Assembly (NCBI GenBank): GCA_964425555.1 | Contig: CAYRNA010000003.1 | Span: forward strand, 1-61,635 | Origin: an uncultured Spirochaetales bacterium | Lineage (GTDB): Bacteria > Spirochaetota > Spirochaetia > SP-2023 > CAYRNA01 | Direction: 5' to 3' | DNA: 61,635 bases | In this document: positions 40,393 through 51,019 of the stretch, one piece after another | Position numbering within the stretch: the stretch's first letter is position 1 | How the letters are laid out: each line of letters begins with the position of its first letter | The notes under the pieces: model-generated | Seen by the model: only the letters and a program-made list of their open reading frames with translations | What the model was told of the DNA's origin: nothing | Database searches by the model: none | Position numbers and translations under genes: made by a program

Positions 40393-40730
40393 GTGAGGGT
40401 GAGTTCGACTATCGCTGTGCATAAGTACAGAGGAAAGTCCGGACTCCTTAGGGATGAATGCCAGATAACATCTGGTCTTTTCTTAGAAAAGAAAGCTAGT
40501 GCCACAGAAATAAACCGCCCGCAAGGGTAAGGGTGAAAAGGTAAGGTAAGAGCTTACCGGCAAATTAGTAATAGTTTGCGCAGAGGTAAACCTCATTCGG
40601 AGCAAAGCTAAGCAGTAATTATGTTTCCCTAGACAGTGATTACGGGTAAGTTGCTAAAAATTATTAGCGATAATAATTGTAGATAGATGATAGTCCAAGA
40701 CAAAATCCGGCTTATAGACTCACCCTTTTT
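40393..40730 (+). ncRNA. rnpB: RNase P RNA, bacterial type A
   Basis: GAGGAAAGTCCGG (40430-40442), ACAGAAATAAACCGCC, GGTAAGGGTGAAAAGGTAAGGTAAGAGCTTACC, ACAAAATCCGGCTTATAG (40700-40717). P1 pairing 40396-40404 with 40718-40726. The ends are approximate. Confidence 0.92.
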
Positions 40731-40739
40731 TGAGTAAAC

Positions 40740-41321
40740 ATGAAATTAAAAATTATCATTATATCCACCTCTTGCACGCTCGTGTTACTAGCTTTTCTCT
40801 CTGTAACAATTACAAGAAATCTAAAAAGCCAAAAAGATCTTCTTGCGAAATGGGAAAACAATCAATACAACCTGTTGTATGATGATTATCACACTCTCCT
40901 TTTAGATGATCCCACCAATCCTACTTATCTCTATATATTAGGAAGCAGTGCTTTTTATTTGGCCATAGCCGAAATAGAAGAAGAACCTAAGCAACACTAT
41001 TTAGAGCAAGCAACCATCTATTTTAATAAACTCCTGCTCCTCTACCCCCAATTTAAAGAAAAAAATATGACCTATTATCTTTTGGGACGTACGCTCACGC
41101 ACAAAGGCGTCTACTATGCCGATGAAGCGTTGCAATACTTACTTCTTGCTAAAGAAAATAGCGTAAAAATGCCCGATCTCAATGAATATTTGGGTGTAAA
41201 TTATTCTTATTTAGAGCAAAACAAGCTGGCCTTGCAATATTTGGAAACGATAGACAGTCCCAGTAGGCAATTAGAAAATAAAATAGAACAGCTCAAAACC
41301 CAGCTTGATACGACCTTGTAA
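40740..41321 (+). CDS. membrane-anchored TPR-like protein
   Basis: N-terminal TM segment, then TPR-like repeats ([23 protein letters not shown]). Confidence 0.5.
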   Translation: MKLKIIIISTSCTLVLLAFLSVTITRNLKSQKDLLAKWENNQYNLLYDDYHTLLLDDPTNPTYLYILGSSAFYLAIAEIEEEPKQHYLEQATIYFNKLLLLYPQFKEKNMTYYLLGRTLTHKGVYYADEALQYLLLAKENSVKMPDLNEYLGVNYSYLEQNKLALQYLETIDSPSRQLENKIEQLKTQLDTTL

Positions 41322-41338
41322 GAAAAACGATATGTTAC

Positions 41339-43249
41339 ATGATTAAACAAAATATGGATTATGATGCAATTGTTATTGGCGGCGGGCATGCGGGTATAGA
41401 AGCATCCCTGGCTTTGGCAAAATTGGGTAACAGAACGCTTCTTATCACGCAAAACTTAGATTGTATAGGCAAATTGTCCTGTAATCCCGCTGTAGGAGGA
41501 GTCTCCAAAGGCAATATTGTCCGTGAAGTGGATGCCCTCGGGGGACAAATTGCACAATTAATTGATGCTTCTTTACTGCAATTTAGAATACTCAATGCGA
41601 GTAAAGGGCCTGCGGTTCAATCACCGAGAGCGCAAGCTGACAGAGCTCATTACGCCCGTATCGCACGCTACTCTTTAGAGCATCAAAATCATCTCAACCT
41701 CTACCAAGATACCGTCGTCGACCTTTTGCTTGACAATAGCGGAACAAAATGCCTCGGTGTTAAAACGGAACGTGGGCAATCTTTTACCGCAAAAACGACT
41801 ATCATTACAACGGGAACTTTCATGGAAGCCAAAATCTTCATAGGTTCCTTTTCCCGTGATTCGGGTCGCTTGGGAGAACCTGCCGCAGAAGGCTTAGGCG
41901 TATCTTTGCGAAGAATGGGCTATGACGTCGGTCGCTTAAAGACGGGAACTTCCGCCCGCATAGACAAACGCAGCATAGATTTTGACAAGTTGGAAGAGCA
42001 AAAAGGAGACAGTAGAATTGTCCCCTTTTCCTTTTATCAATCTCCTTTGGAAAAAAAGACGCCCGAGCAACTTTCTTGCTACATCACCTACACCAACACC
42101 AACACGCATCAAATCATTGAAGACAATCTGCATTTGAGCCCCGCATACATGGGAAATATTATGGGGAAACCGCCTCGTTATTGTCCCAGCATTGAAGATA
42201 AAATCAAACGATTTGCGGACAAAGACAGGCATCAAATATTTATTGAACCCGAGGGTCGTGACAGCAACGAAATCTATCTCAATGGCTTGACCACGTCTTT
42301 GCCCTATGAGACGCAATGCGAATTTATCCGCACCATTAGTGGGCTGGAAGAAGCCGTCATCACACGCCCTGGTTATGCCGTGGAATATGATTATATTAAT
42401 CCCCTGCAGCTATCCCCCACTCTAGAAAGCAAAAGGCATCAAAACTTATTTTTTGCAGGCCAAACAAACGGCACAACAGGCTACGAAGAAGCCGCCGCTC
42501 AGGGCATCATTGCCGGCATCAATGCTCACCAAAAAATACACAACGAACTCCCCTTTGTTTTAGACAGATCAGAAGCCTATATTGGTGTACTCATCGACGA
42601 TCTCGTCACTCAGGGAACAGAAGAACCCTACCGCATGTTCACCTCAAGAGCGGAATATAGATTGAATTTGCGCCACGAAGATGCCGACAGAAGACTTTTC
42701 CCCAAAGGCTTACAACTCGGTCTCCAGTCAGACGAAAATGCACTTTTATTTGAGAAAAAAAAGGAAGGCATAGACAGCCTTAAAGATTTATTAAAAGCCC
42801 AGAAAATCACCGCTGATATGATAGCAGATCTCGATTTAAACACCAATATTCAAGGACGAACTTGGTTTGAAGCTGTAAAAATGCCTGAGTTGACTATCGC
42901 CAAACTGTTTCCTTTTCACGATCAATTACACAGCATGCCCATAGAATGGCAAGAAAGAGTCGAGCTGGATATTAAATATTCGGGCTATATTGAAAGGCAA
43001 GAAGTCCAAATCCGCCGTTTCAAAAAAAATGAAATGCTACAAATTCCTCTTGATTTTAATTATGAGACACCCGAAGGATTATCTAATGAATCAAAAGAAA
43101 AACTCACACAAATACGACCCCTCAATGTGGGACAAGCCGCAAGAATACCAGGAATTAGACCGAGTGACATTGCCATGCTGATATATATTATTACGAAAAA
43201 AAATGATTTAAACAAATCGCCTCAAGGAGTACCTCCCTATGAAAATTAG
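41339..43249 (+). CDS. mnmG: tRNA uridine 5-carboxymethylaminomethyl modification enzyme MnmG (GidA)
   Basis: [19 protein letters not shown] motif, [11 protein letters not shown]-like [30 protein letters not shown]. Confidence 0.95.
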   Translation: MIKQNMDYDAIVIGGGHAGIEASLALAKLGNRTLLITQNLDCIGKLSCNPAVGGVSKGNIVREVDALGGQIAQLIDASLLQFRILNASKGPAVQSPRAQADRAHYARIARYSLEHQNHLNLYQDTVVDLLLDNSGTKCLGVKTERGQSFTAKTTIITTGTFMEAKIFIGSFSRDSGRLGEPAAEGLGVSLRRMGYDVGRLKTGTSARIDKRSIDFDKLEEQKGDSRIVPFSFYQSPLEKKTPEQLSCYITYTNTNTHQIIEDNLHLSPAYMGNIMGKPPRYCPSIEDKIKRFADKDRHQIFIEPEGRDSNEIYLNGLTTSLPYETQCEFIRTISGLEEAVITRPGYAVEYDYINPLQLSPTLESKRHQNLFFAGQTNGTTGYEEAAAQGIIAGINAHQKIHNELPFVLDRSEAYIGVLIDDLVTQGTEEPYRMFTSRAEYRLNLRHEDADRRLFPKGLQLGLQSDENALLFEKKKEGIDSLKDLLKAQKITADMIADLDLNTNIQGRTWFEAVKMPELTIAKLFPFHDQLHSMPIEWQERVELDIKYSGYIERQEVQIRRFKKNEMLQIPLDFNYETPEGLSNESKEKLTQIRPLNVGQAARIPGIRPSDIAMLIYIITKKNDLNKSPQGVPPYEN

Positions 43250-44135
43250 TGAATTTTGCGATCCTCAATTTATTGAAAATCTCATAAAAAATACCCCCTC
43301 AGAATTGATGCAACCCGTTACCAGTGATTCTGTCTTCAAGCCCGGTGTTGCCATCAATAGACAAGAAATAGGCGCTCTTTTAGATGACGTGATGCTTCCT
43401 CAAAGCCAAATCAAAAATGCTGAAAATTTGAGCGAATTTTATCAACGCTGTGAAAAGGGCGAATCTTGCCTTATGTTGGTGGAGCATGTCAGCAACTTCG
43501 ACTATCCCTGCCTTTTTAGATTGATAGAAAAAGATCCTCTCCTTGGACCCAAGGTAGCCGAGTCCATACTTCCCATACAGGGCATTAAATTAAGCAACCA
43601 TCACCCTTTTGTGACTGCGTTTACTGCGGCTTATTCTACCATTGTCATTTACCCTAGCAGAGCCATAGACCAAGTAGCCGAAGGCCCCGCAAGAGACGAA
43701 ATCAGAAGCATTGCCAACCCCATTAACCATGCAGCCATGCGTGAACTCATAGAGAAAAAACACAAGGGACATCCTGTGTTGCTCTACCCTGCTGGCACAA
43801 GATACAGACCCTGGGATCCCGAGTCTAAAAAAGCCGTCCGTGAGGTGCAATCTTATATTAAAACATTTGATAACATCATTTTTGTCACCGTGCATGGCAT
43901 GTGCCTCGTTCCCAGCGAAGACGATGACATGAAAAATGATACCATAGAAAAAAATGTCATTCTGTTTACGGCTTCTGAAATAACACGTGGAAGAGAATAT
44001 TATAAAAAAACGCAAGCCAATGTTCCAGAAGGCGAAGACCCTCGAGATTTCATTTCGCAAAGCGTTATGCACCGACTAAAAGAACAACACGCTGCTCATG
44101 ATCTTTATTATCAGCAATTACAAGAAGAGAGATAA
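43239..44135 (+). CDS. acyltransferase of the GPAT/LPLAT (PlsC-like) family
   Basis: HX4D motif (EHVSNFD) and YPAGTR motif. 11-nt overlap with mnmG. Confidence 0.6.
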   Translation: MKISEFCDPQFIENLIKNTPSELMQPVTSDSVFKPGVAINRQEIGALLDDVMLPQSQIKNAENLSEFYQRCEKGESCLMLVEHVSNFDYPCLFRLIEKDPLLGPKVAESILPIQGIKLSNHHPFVTAFTAAYSTIVIYPSRAIDQVAEGPARDEIRSIANPINHAAMRELIEKKHKGHPVLLYPAGTRYRPWDPESKKAVREVQSYIKTFDNIIFVTVHGMCLVPSEDDDMKNDTIEKNVILFTASEITRGREYYKKTQANVPEGEDPRDFISQSVMHRLKEQHAAHDLYYQQLQEER

Positions 44136-44220
44136 GAATTCAGATTTTTAAATATACTAGTTATATAATCCCTGATTGTGTATCATGCTAGATGTTGGAT
44201 ACTTATAAGTAAAAGGTCAA

Positions 44221-46206
44221 ATGTTAAAAGAAAAACGATTAAAACAAGCTAAAACTATCTCCATTATATTATTACTCGTGGCGTTAGCTATCTGCATCGC
44301 TCTATTGTTCTTAAAAATGAATTTTTATTTAGAACAACAAGATCAGATAAAAAAAACAATTTCATCACAATTACGCTCTGTCAATCAGCTCATTGATGGA
44401 CAAAATGAAGTAAGAATTGCTCTAGATTTCGATGCTCTAGATGATATCTCAGAAGATATCATAGAGGACAAGGAAGATGAAAGTCCCAGTGATCCTTTTT
44501 ACAAGGCTCTTGATAATCTTATGGAAACAACCCATAGAGAGGCGAATCAAAGGCATCTACAATTACTCTTTAACCAGATTAAAAAAGATCTTCCTCGCAC
44601 TTTAACAGCCACGCTTACGACCAATGGCTTCACTGTGCAAAATCAAAGCTATCAATTATTAAGCGCTAGCTTAAACGGTAATACCATCACTGTCGAAGCC
44701 TTGCCGAACTTATCACAGGACTTTAATACTCAGCATTTTCAACTCGACGAAACTGTTCTTGCAGTCAATCGCCTCATTAAGAAATCAAACCAAAAATTAG
44801 CAGAAAATGAAGCACTAGCGGCAACTATGAAACGTGAATTCCAGCAATGGTATAAGCAATTTAACGCCAGTGCTCTTAAAAGAGACTACGGCTTAGCTTG
44901 GGAGACGGATAGCAAAGAAAATACGTGGATACTCAAACGCATTGATAAAACGACTGTTGTTGAAATTGAATTACAAATCGTACCTGCAACTATTTTTAAA
45001 GCGCAAGGAATACAATACAAAAATTTCAATGCCTTGAAAAAGGTCCTTGAATCTGATTTTTTAACTCAAAAAAACTTAAAAAGTTGGGCTGCTAAGGATT
45101 TTAAGGCAAAAACAGATTATTTAAATACATTATTTCAAAATAAAGAATTTAAAAATTATCTCAAAAAAAACAAGCTTTCGGTAAACCCTCAACTTGATGA
45201 CGATGAGCATAACTATTATTACTATTTCCTCGATCAAGAGAATGCCATCGCAGGTGCCTTCGCCATACAAAAAGGCACCAACGAGATTTATCTGATGGAC
45301 AAAGATTTGCAGCCCATTAGCGCTATCAAAAACTACAGTCAGAACAACGTATTACAAATAGGTTTTCAGCTAGAAAAAGTGAACAGAAAGGTAGACAAAA
45401 AACTTGACCTTGAGGACGCTTATGTATTATTAGTGGGTAAAAACAGCGAGAACACAGATAGCATCATGCTTTTGCATTTACGAAAAGACAAAGGTCTTGC
45501 GATGTTGAGCATACCTCGAGACCTCTACTTAGACGACAAATGGCGTGTCAATACTTTGTATAAATATCGTGGTATAGACTACCTAGTCAGTCGTCTACAA
45601 AGCATTTTGGGCGTCCCCATTGATAGATACGTCGTAATAGATATGTTTGCCTTCATCGATGTCATCAATATTTTAGGGGGTATAGATATTACTCTCGAAG
45701 AAGCACTCATTGACCCCACCTATAAAACCAAAAACAACGGGGTTTTTAGTAGTCTCAATTACAGCAAAGGAACTCACCATTTAAACGGTCGAGAAGCTTT
45801 GCGAGTGGCACGATCAAGGCACACATCCAGTGATTTTGCACGAGCGAAAAGACAGCAAGACATTATTGCCGCAGTCCAAAAAAAATTGACTCAAAATGTG
45901 AATATAAATAACACTTATGCTTTCTTTAATACCGCACAAAAATACTTAGAAACAAATTTGTCTCCCATTGAAATTGTGGATCTTTTCTTAGAATACCGTG
46001 ATTCTTCTGTGAAGAAAAACGGCGTGATGAGCACAAAAAATATTTTAACCGCAACCTATTCCAACCTCTATAAATTGTCTTTAAAAGATCAGCTCACTGC
46101 AAGAGCGAATTTGGAGTACGATTTAGGCGCGTGGATTTTATTACCTACGGCTAATAATTGGGGCGCTCTGCAAGTTTTCACCCACGAAACTTTGGCTTTG
46201 AACTAA
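44221..46206 (+). CDS. LytR-CpsA-Psr (LCP) family protein with an approximately 390-aa N-terminal extension
   Basis: N-terminal TM segment. C-terminal LCP core: NTDSIMLLHL...LSIPRDLYL...ILGGIDITL...LNGREALRVARSRH..DFARAKRQQ. Confidence 0.7.
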   Translation: MLKEKRLKQAKTISIILLLVALAICIALLFLKMNFYLEQQDQIKKTISSQLRSVNQLIDGQNEVRIALDFDALDDISEDIIEDKEDESPSDPFYKALDNLMETTHREANQRHLQLLFNQIKKDLPRTLTATLTTNGFTVQNQSYQLLSASLNGNTITVEALPNLSQDFNTQHFQLDETVLAVNRLIKKSNQKLAENEALAATMKREFQQWYKQFNASALKRDYGLAWETDSKENTWILKRIDKTTVVEIELQIVPATIFKAQGIQYKNFNALKKVLESDFLTQKNLKSWAAKDFKAKTDYLNTLFQNKEFKNYLKKNKLSVNPQLDDDEHNYYYYFLDQENAIAGAFAIQKGTNEIYLMDKDLQPISAIKNYSQNNVLQIGFQLEKVNRKVDKKLDLEDAYVLLVGKNSENTDSIMLLHLRKDKGLAMLSIPRDLYLDDKWRVNTLYKYRGIDYLVSRLQSILGVPIDRYVVIDMFAFIDVINILGGIDITLEEALIDPTYKTKNNGVFSSLNYSKGTHHLNGREALRVARSRHTSSDFARAKRQQDIIAAVQKKLTQNVNINNTYAFFNTAQKYLETNLSPIEIVDLFLEYRDSSVKKNGVMSTKNILTATYSNLYKLSLKDQLTARANLEYDLGAWILLPTANNWGALQVFTHETLALN

Positions 46207-46263
46207 ATGAAGTGTTGCACGCAAGCTTCTTTTGGACTAGAATATATAAGATGAGGACATCCT

Positions 46264-46887
46264 ATGATTTTTAAATTATTGCAAAAGAAACATTTTCTTA
46301 TGATATTAGTGATAATATCTTTGACAAAACTCAATGCTCAAGAAGGCGAAGACGCTCCTCGACTCATTCGATCAAAAGAAATTTTTAGAGAAAGTGGCGA
46401 CAATATTATTAAATTTAACTTAGGTGTATTTTTACCCCAATTTTTCTACAACCCTCATGATAAAACAAGTCAACCCACGGGGCTGAGTCTGGGGCCTAAC
46501 CTCTTTTTTGGTTATGACTATTATCTCAATGATGCACTGCGTCTCGGTGCCGTTTTCAGTTGGGACTATGCGACAACAGTCAATCAAAATAATTTTAATA
46601 ATATTGAATTCGGCATTGTCACAACCTATGACATTCGTTTTTTGTATGACTACATCAGTATGCCTGTGCGTCTTTTTGTGGGAGCCAATTGGCCGAGCTA
46701 CCAAGATATTTTTCGCACGAATTTAGCTCTAAAGCCTGGTGTTTCACTTTTGTATAATATAGATAATGATTTTGCTGTCGGTTTTAACTATGATTTTAGT
46801 TTCAATTTTGAATTTCCTCAGATTAAAGCTGAAGAAAGAATTGCGGGATTTCATCATATTGGTATAGGGTTGGAATATGCGTTCTAG
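46264..46887 (+). CDS. small outer-membrane beta-barrel protein
   Basis: Signal peptide, alternating aromatic/hydrophobic strands, C-terminal ...GLEYAF (terminal Phe). Confidence 0.5.
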   Translation: MIFKLLQKKHFLMILVIISLTKLNAQEGEDAPRLIRSKEIFRESGDNIIKFNLGVFLPQFFYNPHDKTSQPTGLSLGPNLFFGYDYYLNDALRLGAVFSWDYATTVNQNNFNNIEFGIVTTYDIRFLYDYISMPVRLFVGANWPSYQDIFRTNLALKPGVSLLYNIDNDFAVGFNYDFSFNFEFPQIKAEERIAGFHHIGIGLEYAF

Positions 46888-48097
46888 TTTAGTTAAAGTT
46901 TTGTGTACAGTTTTTCTTACTGTGACGATGTTTGTAGCCTGTGACACAGGAAGTATTTATTTTAAGATAGAGAATGAAAAGCTTATTGAACCAGGGAGTT
47001 TGCCCGCAAAAGCTTCTTATCGTTTCTTGGTTGGTCCAACGGCTGACGGTAAATTATACACTGTTGCTGCTGGACAGGTTTACGAGAAAAATAGATCTCA
47101 GGTAGGCTCAGATTGGCATGACCTTGAGACAGGTTTAGATCCAGCAGTCTTCACGGTCAGTAGTCTCATCGTTTTTCAAGGACACCTCTATGTGGCTTCG
47201 AGTAATAGAGTAAATGGTGGTAATGCCGTTTTACGTAGAGATACTGATGCCAGCGGAAAGAGTATATGGGTCTCTCTCTTGTCTCCTCACAGTCCCGCAG
47301 GCGATATCAATGCACGGTATTATCAATATAATCTTTTTCATACAACGGATAAATTATATGTAACGCAGAGAATATTGGACCGTGTCGATCAGAATTCTTC
47401 GACTACCTTTGACTACAATTTATTCCTTACAACAGAAAGCAATCAAAGTCTTACAGCAGGCAGTCTTTTATTAGATACAGCTTCCTTAGCCAATGCTCAA
47501 AAAATTACTGTTACTACGGGCTTTAATTTCATTGCAAACATTGTTCAGACAGGCACGACCTATTGGCTTGGTGGCAATACCGCAACTGATGGATTTCTTA
47601 TGACCTCTGCTGATGGCATTAGTTTTGCCACTGTATCAATATCCATAGCTCACGACAGAATGACGAGCTTTAATGCAGCCAATGATAATCTTTTTATAGG
47701 CTTTGAGAATATCAATAACAACAATGCGAGTTTGATCAGATCTCCAGACAATGCTAGCACTTGGACAACAGTTCAAACAACGGGCAATTATGGTCCTGTC
47801 ATAGAAATGACTGGCGATGATTACCTTGTTGGCAGTAGCGCCTTCAATTCCAATGTAGGAACGGGCGCATTTTATTTAAATACAACAGGTGGAATCATTA
47901 CATTGGGTGACAGCCCTTTTGCAGGAAGTAATTTTTTAGCAACGAATATTAATGCCCATGCGGTTTTGCAACTTTACTTAGATAATAATCCCCCTGAAAG
48001 CAACGTATCACGCCGTCTCTATCTTTCTTCAGCCCGATTATCACTGTGGTCAATCGATGAAATTGATGGTCAGTTCCAAGAATGGGAACTTGAATAA
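46877..48097 (+). CDS. lipoprotein with BNR/Asp-box-like repeats (probable beta-propeller)
   Basis: Lipobox MFVAC. Asp-box-like SPDNASTW and TSADGISF. 11-nt overlap with the preceding OMP gene. Confidence 0.5.
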   Translation: MRSSLVKVLCTVFLTVTMFVACDTGSIYFKIENEKLIEPGSLPAKASYRFLVGPTADGKLYTVAAGQVYEKNRSQVGSDWHDLETGLDPAVFTVSSLIVFQGHLYVASSNRVNGGNAVLRRDTDASGKSIWVSLLSPHSPAGDINARYYQYNLFHTTDKLYVTQRILDRVDQNSSTTFDYNLFLTTESNQSLTAGSLLLDTASLANAQKITVTTGFNFIANIVQTGTTYWLGGNTATDGFLMTSADGISFATVSISIAHDRMTSFNAANDNLFIGFENINNNNASLIRSPDNASTWTTVQTTGNYGPVIEMTGDDYLVGSSAFNSNVGTGAFYLNTTGGIITLGDSPFAGSNFLATNINAHAVLQLYLDNNPPESNVSRRLYLSSARLSLWSIDEIDGQFQEWELE

Positions 48098-48099
48098 AT

Positions 48100-48858
48100 A
48101 TGTCAAAAATATCCCTTAAAACTCCTAGAGAAATTGCAAAAATCAGAGAATCAGGTCGCCTTTTGGCCTTGACACATGAACATATACAGAGCTATATACA
48201 ATCGGGAATTTCTACCCTAGAACTCGATAAAGAGATACTCAATTTCATCACTAAAAACAAAGCCCAAGCCGCATTTTTAAACTATAATGGTTTCCCTGGA
48301 GCAGCTTGTATTTCTGTAAATGATGAAGTCATACACGGCATCCCATCAAAACGAAAAATCAAGCAAGGCGATATCGTCAGCATAGATATAGGTGTCAATC
48401 TTGATGGATTTATCAGCGATAGAGCCCATACTTATGCGGTGGGTGAAATTAGCATAGAAGCACAAAACTTACTCATTGATTGCGAAGCATCGCTGTATCA
48501 AGTGATTGAAAACATAGGCGTCAATTCCCGCATAAAAGATATTGCTAAGATCATTACAGCTTACCTCGACCCCAAAAACTATGGCATTGTTTATCAGTAC
48601 TGTGGTCATGGTGTGGGGCTTAAAGTCCACGAAGCACCAGAAATACAACATAATTCCCACCATTCTTCGGGCGGCAATATGAGACTCAAAAAAGGCATGG
48701 TCATTGCCGTAGAACCCATGGTAAATATAGGGACTGCTGACGTAATACTCATGGATGATGACTGGACTGTAAAAACAGCCGATGCCTCTCTTTCTGCTCA
48801 TTTTGAACACACTTTAGCTATCACTGATGCTGGTATAGAAATTCTAACAAAAATATAA
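48100..48858 (+). CDS. map: type I methionine aminopeptidase
   Basis: VIHGIP, DIGV..DGFISD, GHGVG, EPM, HFEHT metal-ligand motifs. Confidence 0.95.
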   Translation: MSKISLKTPREIAKIRESGRLLALTHEHIQSYIQSGISTLELDKEILNFITKNKAQAAFLNYNGFPGAACISVNDEVIHGIPSKRKIKQGDIVSIDIGVNLDGFISDRAHTYAVGEISIEAQNLLIDCEASLYQVIENIGVNSRIKDIAKIITAYLDPKNYGIVYQYCGHGVGLKVHEAPEIQHNSHHSSGGNMRLKKGMVIAVEPMVNIGTADVILMDDDWTVKTADASLSAHFEHTLAITDAGIEILTKI

Positions 48859-48868
48859 TGGAATAAAT

Positions 48869-50266
48869 ATGATATCTTTAAAAAAAATGAATAAACCTTT
48901 ATTAACTCAAATAGCTCTTACATTAGTTTGTGTAGCCATGCTATTTTATGTGTTGATAGATAAAGCATCAGTGAACGCTCAAAGTACGGATGGCCCAAGC
49001 ATACTAGAGCAACAGCAACAAGAAGTCAGACAAATTATGAACCAGAGTCTGCCTGGTACGGTTGAGCTAGAAAACAAAGAAATTGCTGAAAATGAAGCGG
49101 TGGTGTGGGATAAGTTTTTCAATACCCAAAAATCTCCCAAAGTGCTACAGGGCTTAGGAAGCGGTATCATTGTTCGCCGTGATGAAAATATTATTTATAT
49201 ACTCACCAACGGACACGTTGTCGGTGAAAGTAGCGAAGTAACGGTTTCTCTCAATAATCAAAGACGTTATAAGGGTGTGATCATAGGTAAAGAGAAAAGA
49301 TTGGATCTTGCCTTAATCAAAGCTAAAATTCAAAGTGATGATAAAATAAGAGCCCTGCCACTAGGAAATTCAGATGATCTCTTTGTGGGTGACACTGTCA
49401 TTGCCATAGGAACACCTTTTGGTTTTGAAAGTACAGTGACAATGGGTGTGGTGAGCGCCATAGGTCGTCGACAAGCGCCTCAGGGTAATATCAGTGATTT
49501 TATCCAAACAGACGCCGCCATCAATCAGGGAAACTCTGGTGGAGCTCTCCTTAATATATATGGCGAAGTGGTGGCCATCAACACATGGATTTCAACGCCC
49601 ACAGGTGGAAGCATTGGTCTAGGATTTAGCCTGCCCATCAATCATACCAAGCGCTTCATCAATTCCATCATAGAGTCAGGAAGCATACAATACGCATGGC
49701 TGGGCATACAGATTAGGGAATTGAATTATGAGCAATTGGATAAGCTCGAATTGAAACTCAACTCTGCGCCTTACATTTCCCAAATATTCACAAATTCTCC
49801 TGCAGATAAAGCAAATTTAAAGCTAGGAGATCTCATTTTACGCATTAACGATAAGCAGGTTAAAAACGATAACCAACTCATTCTTGCGGTGGGAGAAAAA
49901 GAACCTGGGACTAACGTCAAGCTAGAAATATTTAGAGATAATGAAATCATTATTAAAGAAGTCAAACTAGAATTACGAGAACAAAATACAAGCATAGAAA
50001 GTTTAACCCAATTGTGGCCTGGATTTGAAATCTTAGAAAATGAGGGGCAAATAACGATTAGCAATGTGACCCCTAAAACCGCCGCTCAAGACTCTAATCT
50101 ACACCAAGGTGATATCATCACACAAATCAACGCACAAGACATTAATTCGGTTGTTGATTTTTATTCTCGCTTCGAAGACAGTTTTGCAGAAAGCCAAAGT
50201 GTAGAGCTTACCATCAAAAGAAAAGATGAAGTTAGCACTATAACTGTGACGAAACCAACAGCTTAA
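48869..50266 (+). CDS. htrA: HtrA/DegP-family periplasmic serine protease with two PDZ domains
   Basis: TNGHVV, DLALIK, GNSGGAL catalytic triad motifs, followed by PDZ-like regions. Confidence 0.9.
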   Translation: MISLKKMNKPLLTQIALTLVCVAMLFYVLIDKASVNAQSTDGPSILEQQQQEVRQIMNQSLPGTVELENKEIAENEAVVWDKFFNTQKSPKVLQGLGSGIIVRRDENIIYILTNGHVVGESSEVTVSLNNQRRYKGVIIGKEKRLDLALIKAKIQSDDKIRALPLGNSDDLFVGDTVIAIGTPFGFESTVTMGVVSAIGRRQAPQGNISDFIQTDAAINQGNSGGALLNIYGEVVAINTWISTPTGGSIGLGFSLPINHTKRFINSIIESGSIQYAWLGIQIRELNYEQLDKLELKLNSAPYISQIFTNSPADKANLKLGDLILRINDKQVKNDNQLILAVGEKEPGTNVKLEIFRDNEIIIKEVKLELREQNTSIESLTQLWPGFEILENEGQITISNVTPKTAAQDSNLHQGDIITQINAQDINSVVDFYSRFEDSFAESQSVELTIKRKDEVSTITVTKPTA

Positions 50267-50284
50267 CGGGACACTTCTACATTT

Positions 50285-51019
50285 ATGAATAATACTATAC
50301 TATCCATTAAAAATATCACAAAAGACTACAAATCTGTCCGTGCCCTCAAAGGTGTCAGCCTAGACATCACCAAAGGCGAAGTTATTCTGCTGATAGGGCC
50401 ATCGGGTTGCGGCAAGAGTACCTTTTTAAGAACCATTAATGGTTTAGAATCTCTCAATGGTGGCGAAATTTTATTTCACGGTCAACCCGTCTTAGCAACA
50501 GACAAATCAATACGAGATGTAAGAGAAAAAATAGGCATGGTCTTTCAAGAATTCAATCTTTTTCCTCACCTTTCCGTCATCAAAAACATCACCATCTCCC
50601 CTTCCCACGTACTGAAAGAAAGCAAAGAAGTAGCCCTAGAAAAGGCACGAAAATTATTAGCCAAGGTAGGTCTACAGGATAAAGAAAATGCTTATCCTCA
50701 TGAACTATCAGGAGGTCAAAAACAAAGGGTTGCCATAGCGCGTACTTTAGCCATGGAGCCCGAAGTGATACTCTTCGACGAGCCAACCTCTGCTCTTGAT
50801 CCTGAAATGGTCAAAGAAGTCGTCGATGTTATGCTGAGCTTAGCTCAAGAAGGTATGACAATGGTTGTCGTTTCTCATGAAATGGGTTTTGCACAAAGAG
50901 CTGCCGATAAAGTCATTTTCATGGAAGATGGTCAGATAATAGAAGAAGGCAGCCCACAAAAAATATTTCATGATGCAGAGAAAGAAAGAACTCGTCTCTT
51001 TTTACAGCACGTTCTTTAA
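50285..51019 (+). CDS. polar amino-acid ABC transporter ATP-binding protein (GlnQ-like)
   Basis: GPSGCGKST Walker [14 protein letters not shown] signature, [11 protein letters not shown] Walker B. Confidence 0.9.
   Translation: MNNTILSIKNITKDYKSVRALKGVSLDITKGEVILLIGPSGCGKSTFLRTINGLESLNGGEILFHGQPVLATDKSIRDVREKIGMVFQEFNLFPHLSVIKNITISPSHVLKESKEVALEKARKLLAKVGLQDKENAYPHELSGGQKQRVAIARTLAMEPEVILFDEPTSALDPEMVKEVVDVMLSLAQEGMTMVVVSHEMGFAQRAADKVIFMEDGQIIEEGSPQKIFHDAEKERTRLFLQHVL

Noticed and set aside
46207-46263. Intrinsic terminator after the LCP gene (GAAGTGTTGCACGCAAGCTTCTTTT)
   Set aside because: The stem is interrupted and the central loop would be too small (about 2 nt) for the best pairing. 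It is too weak to call.
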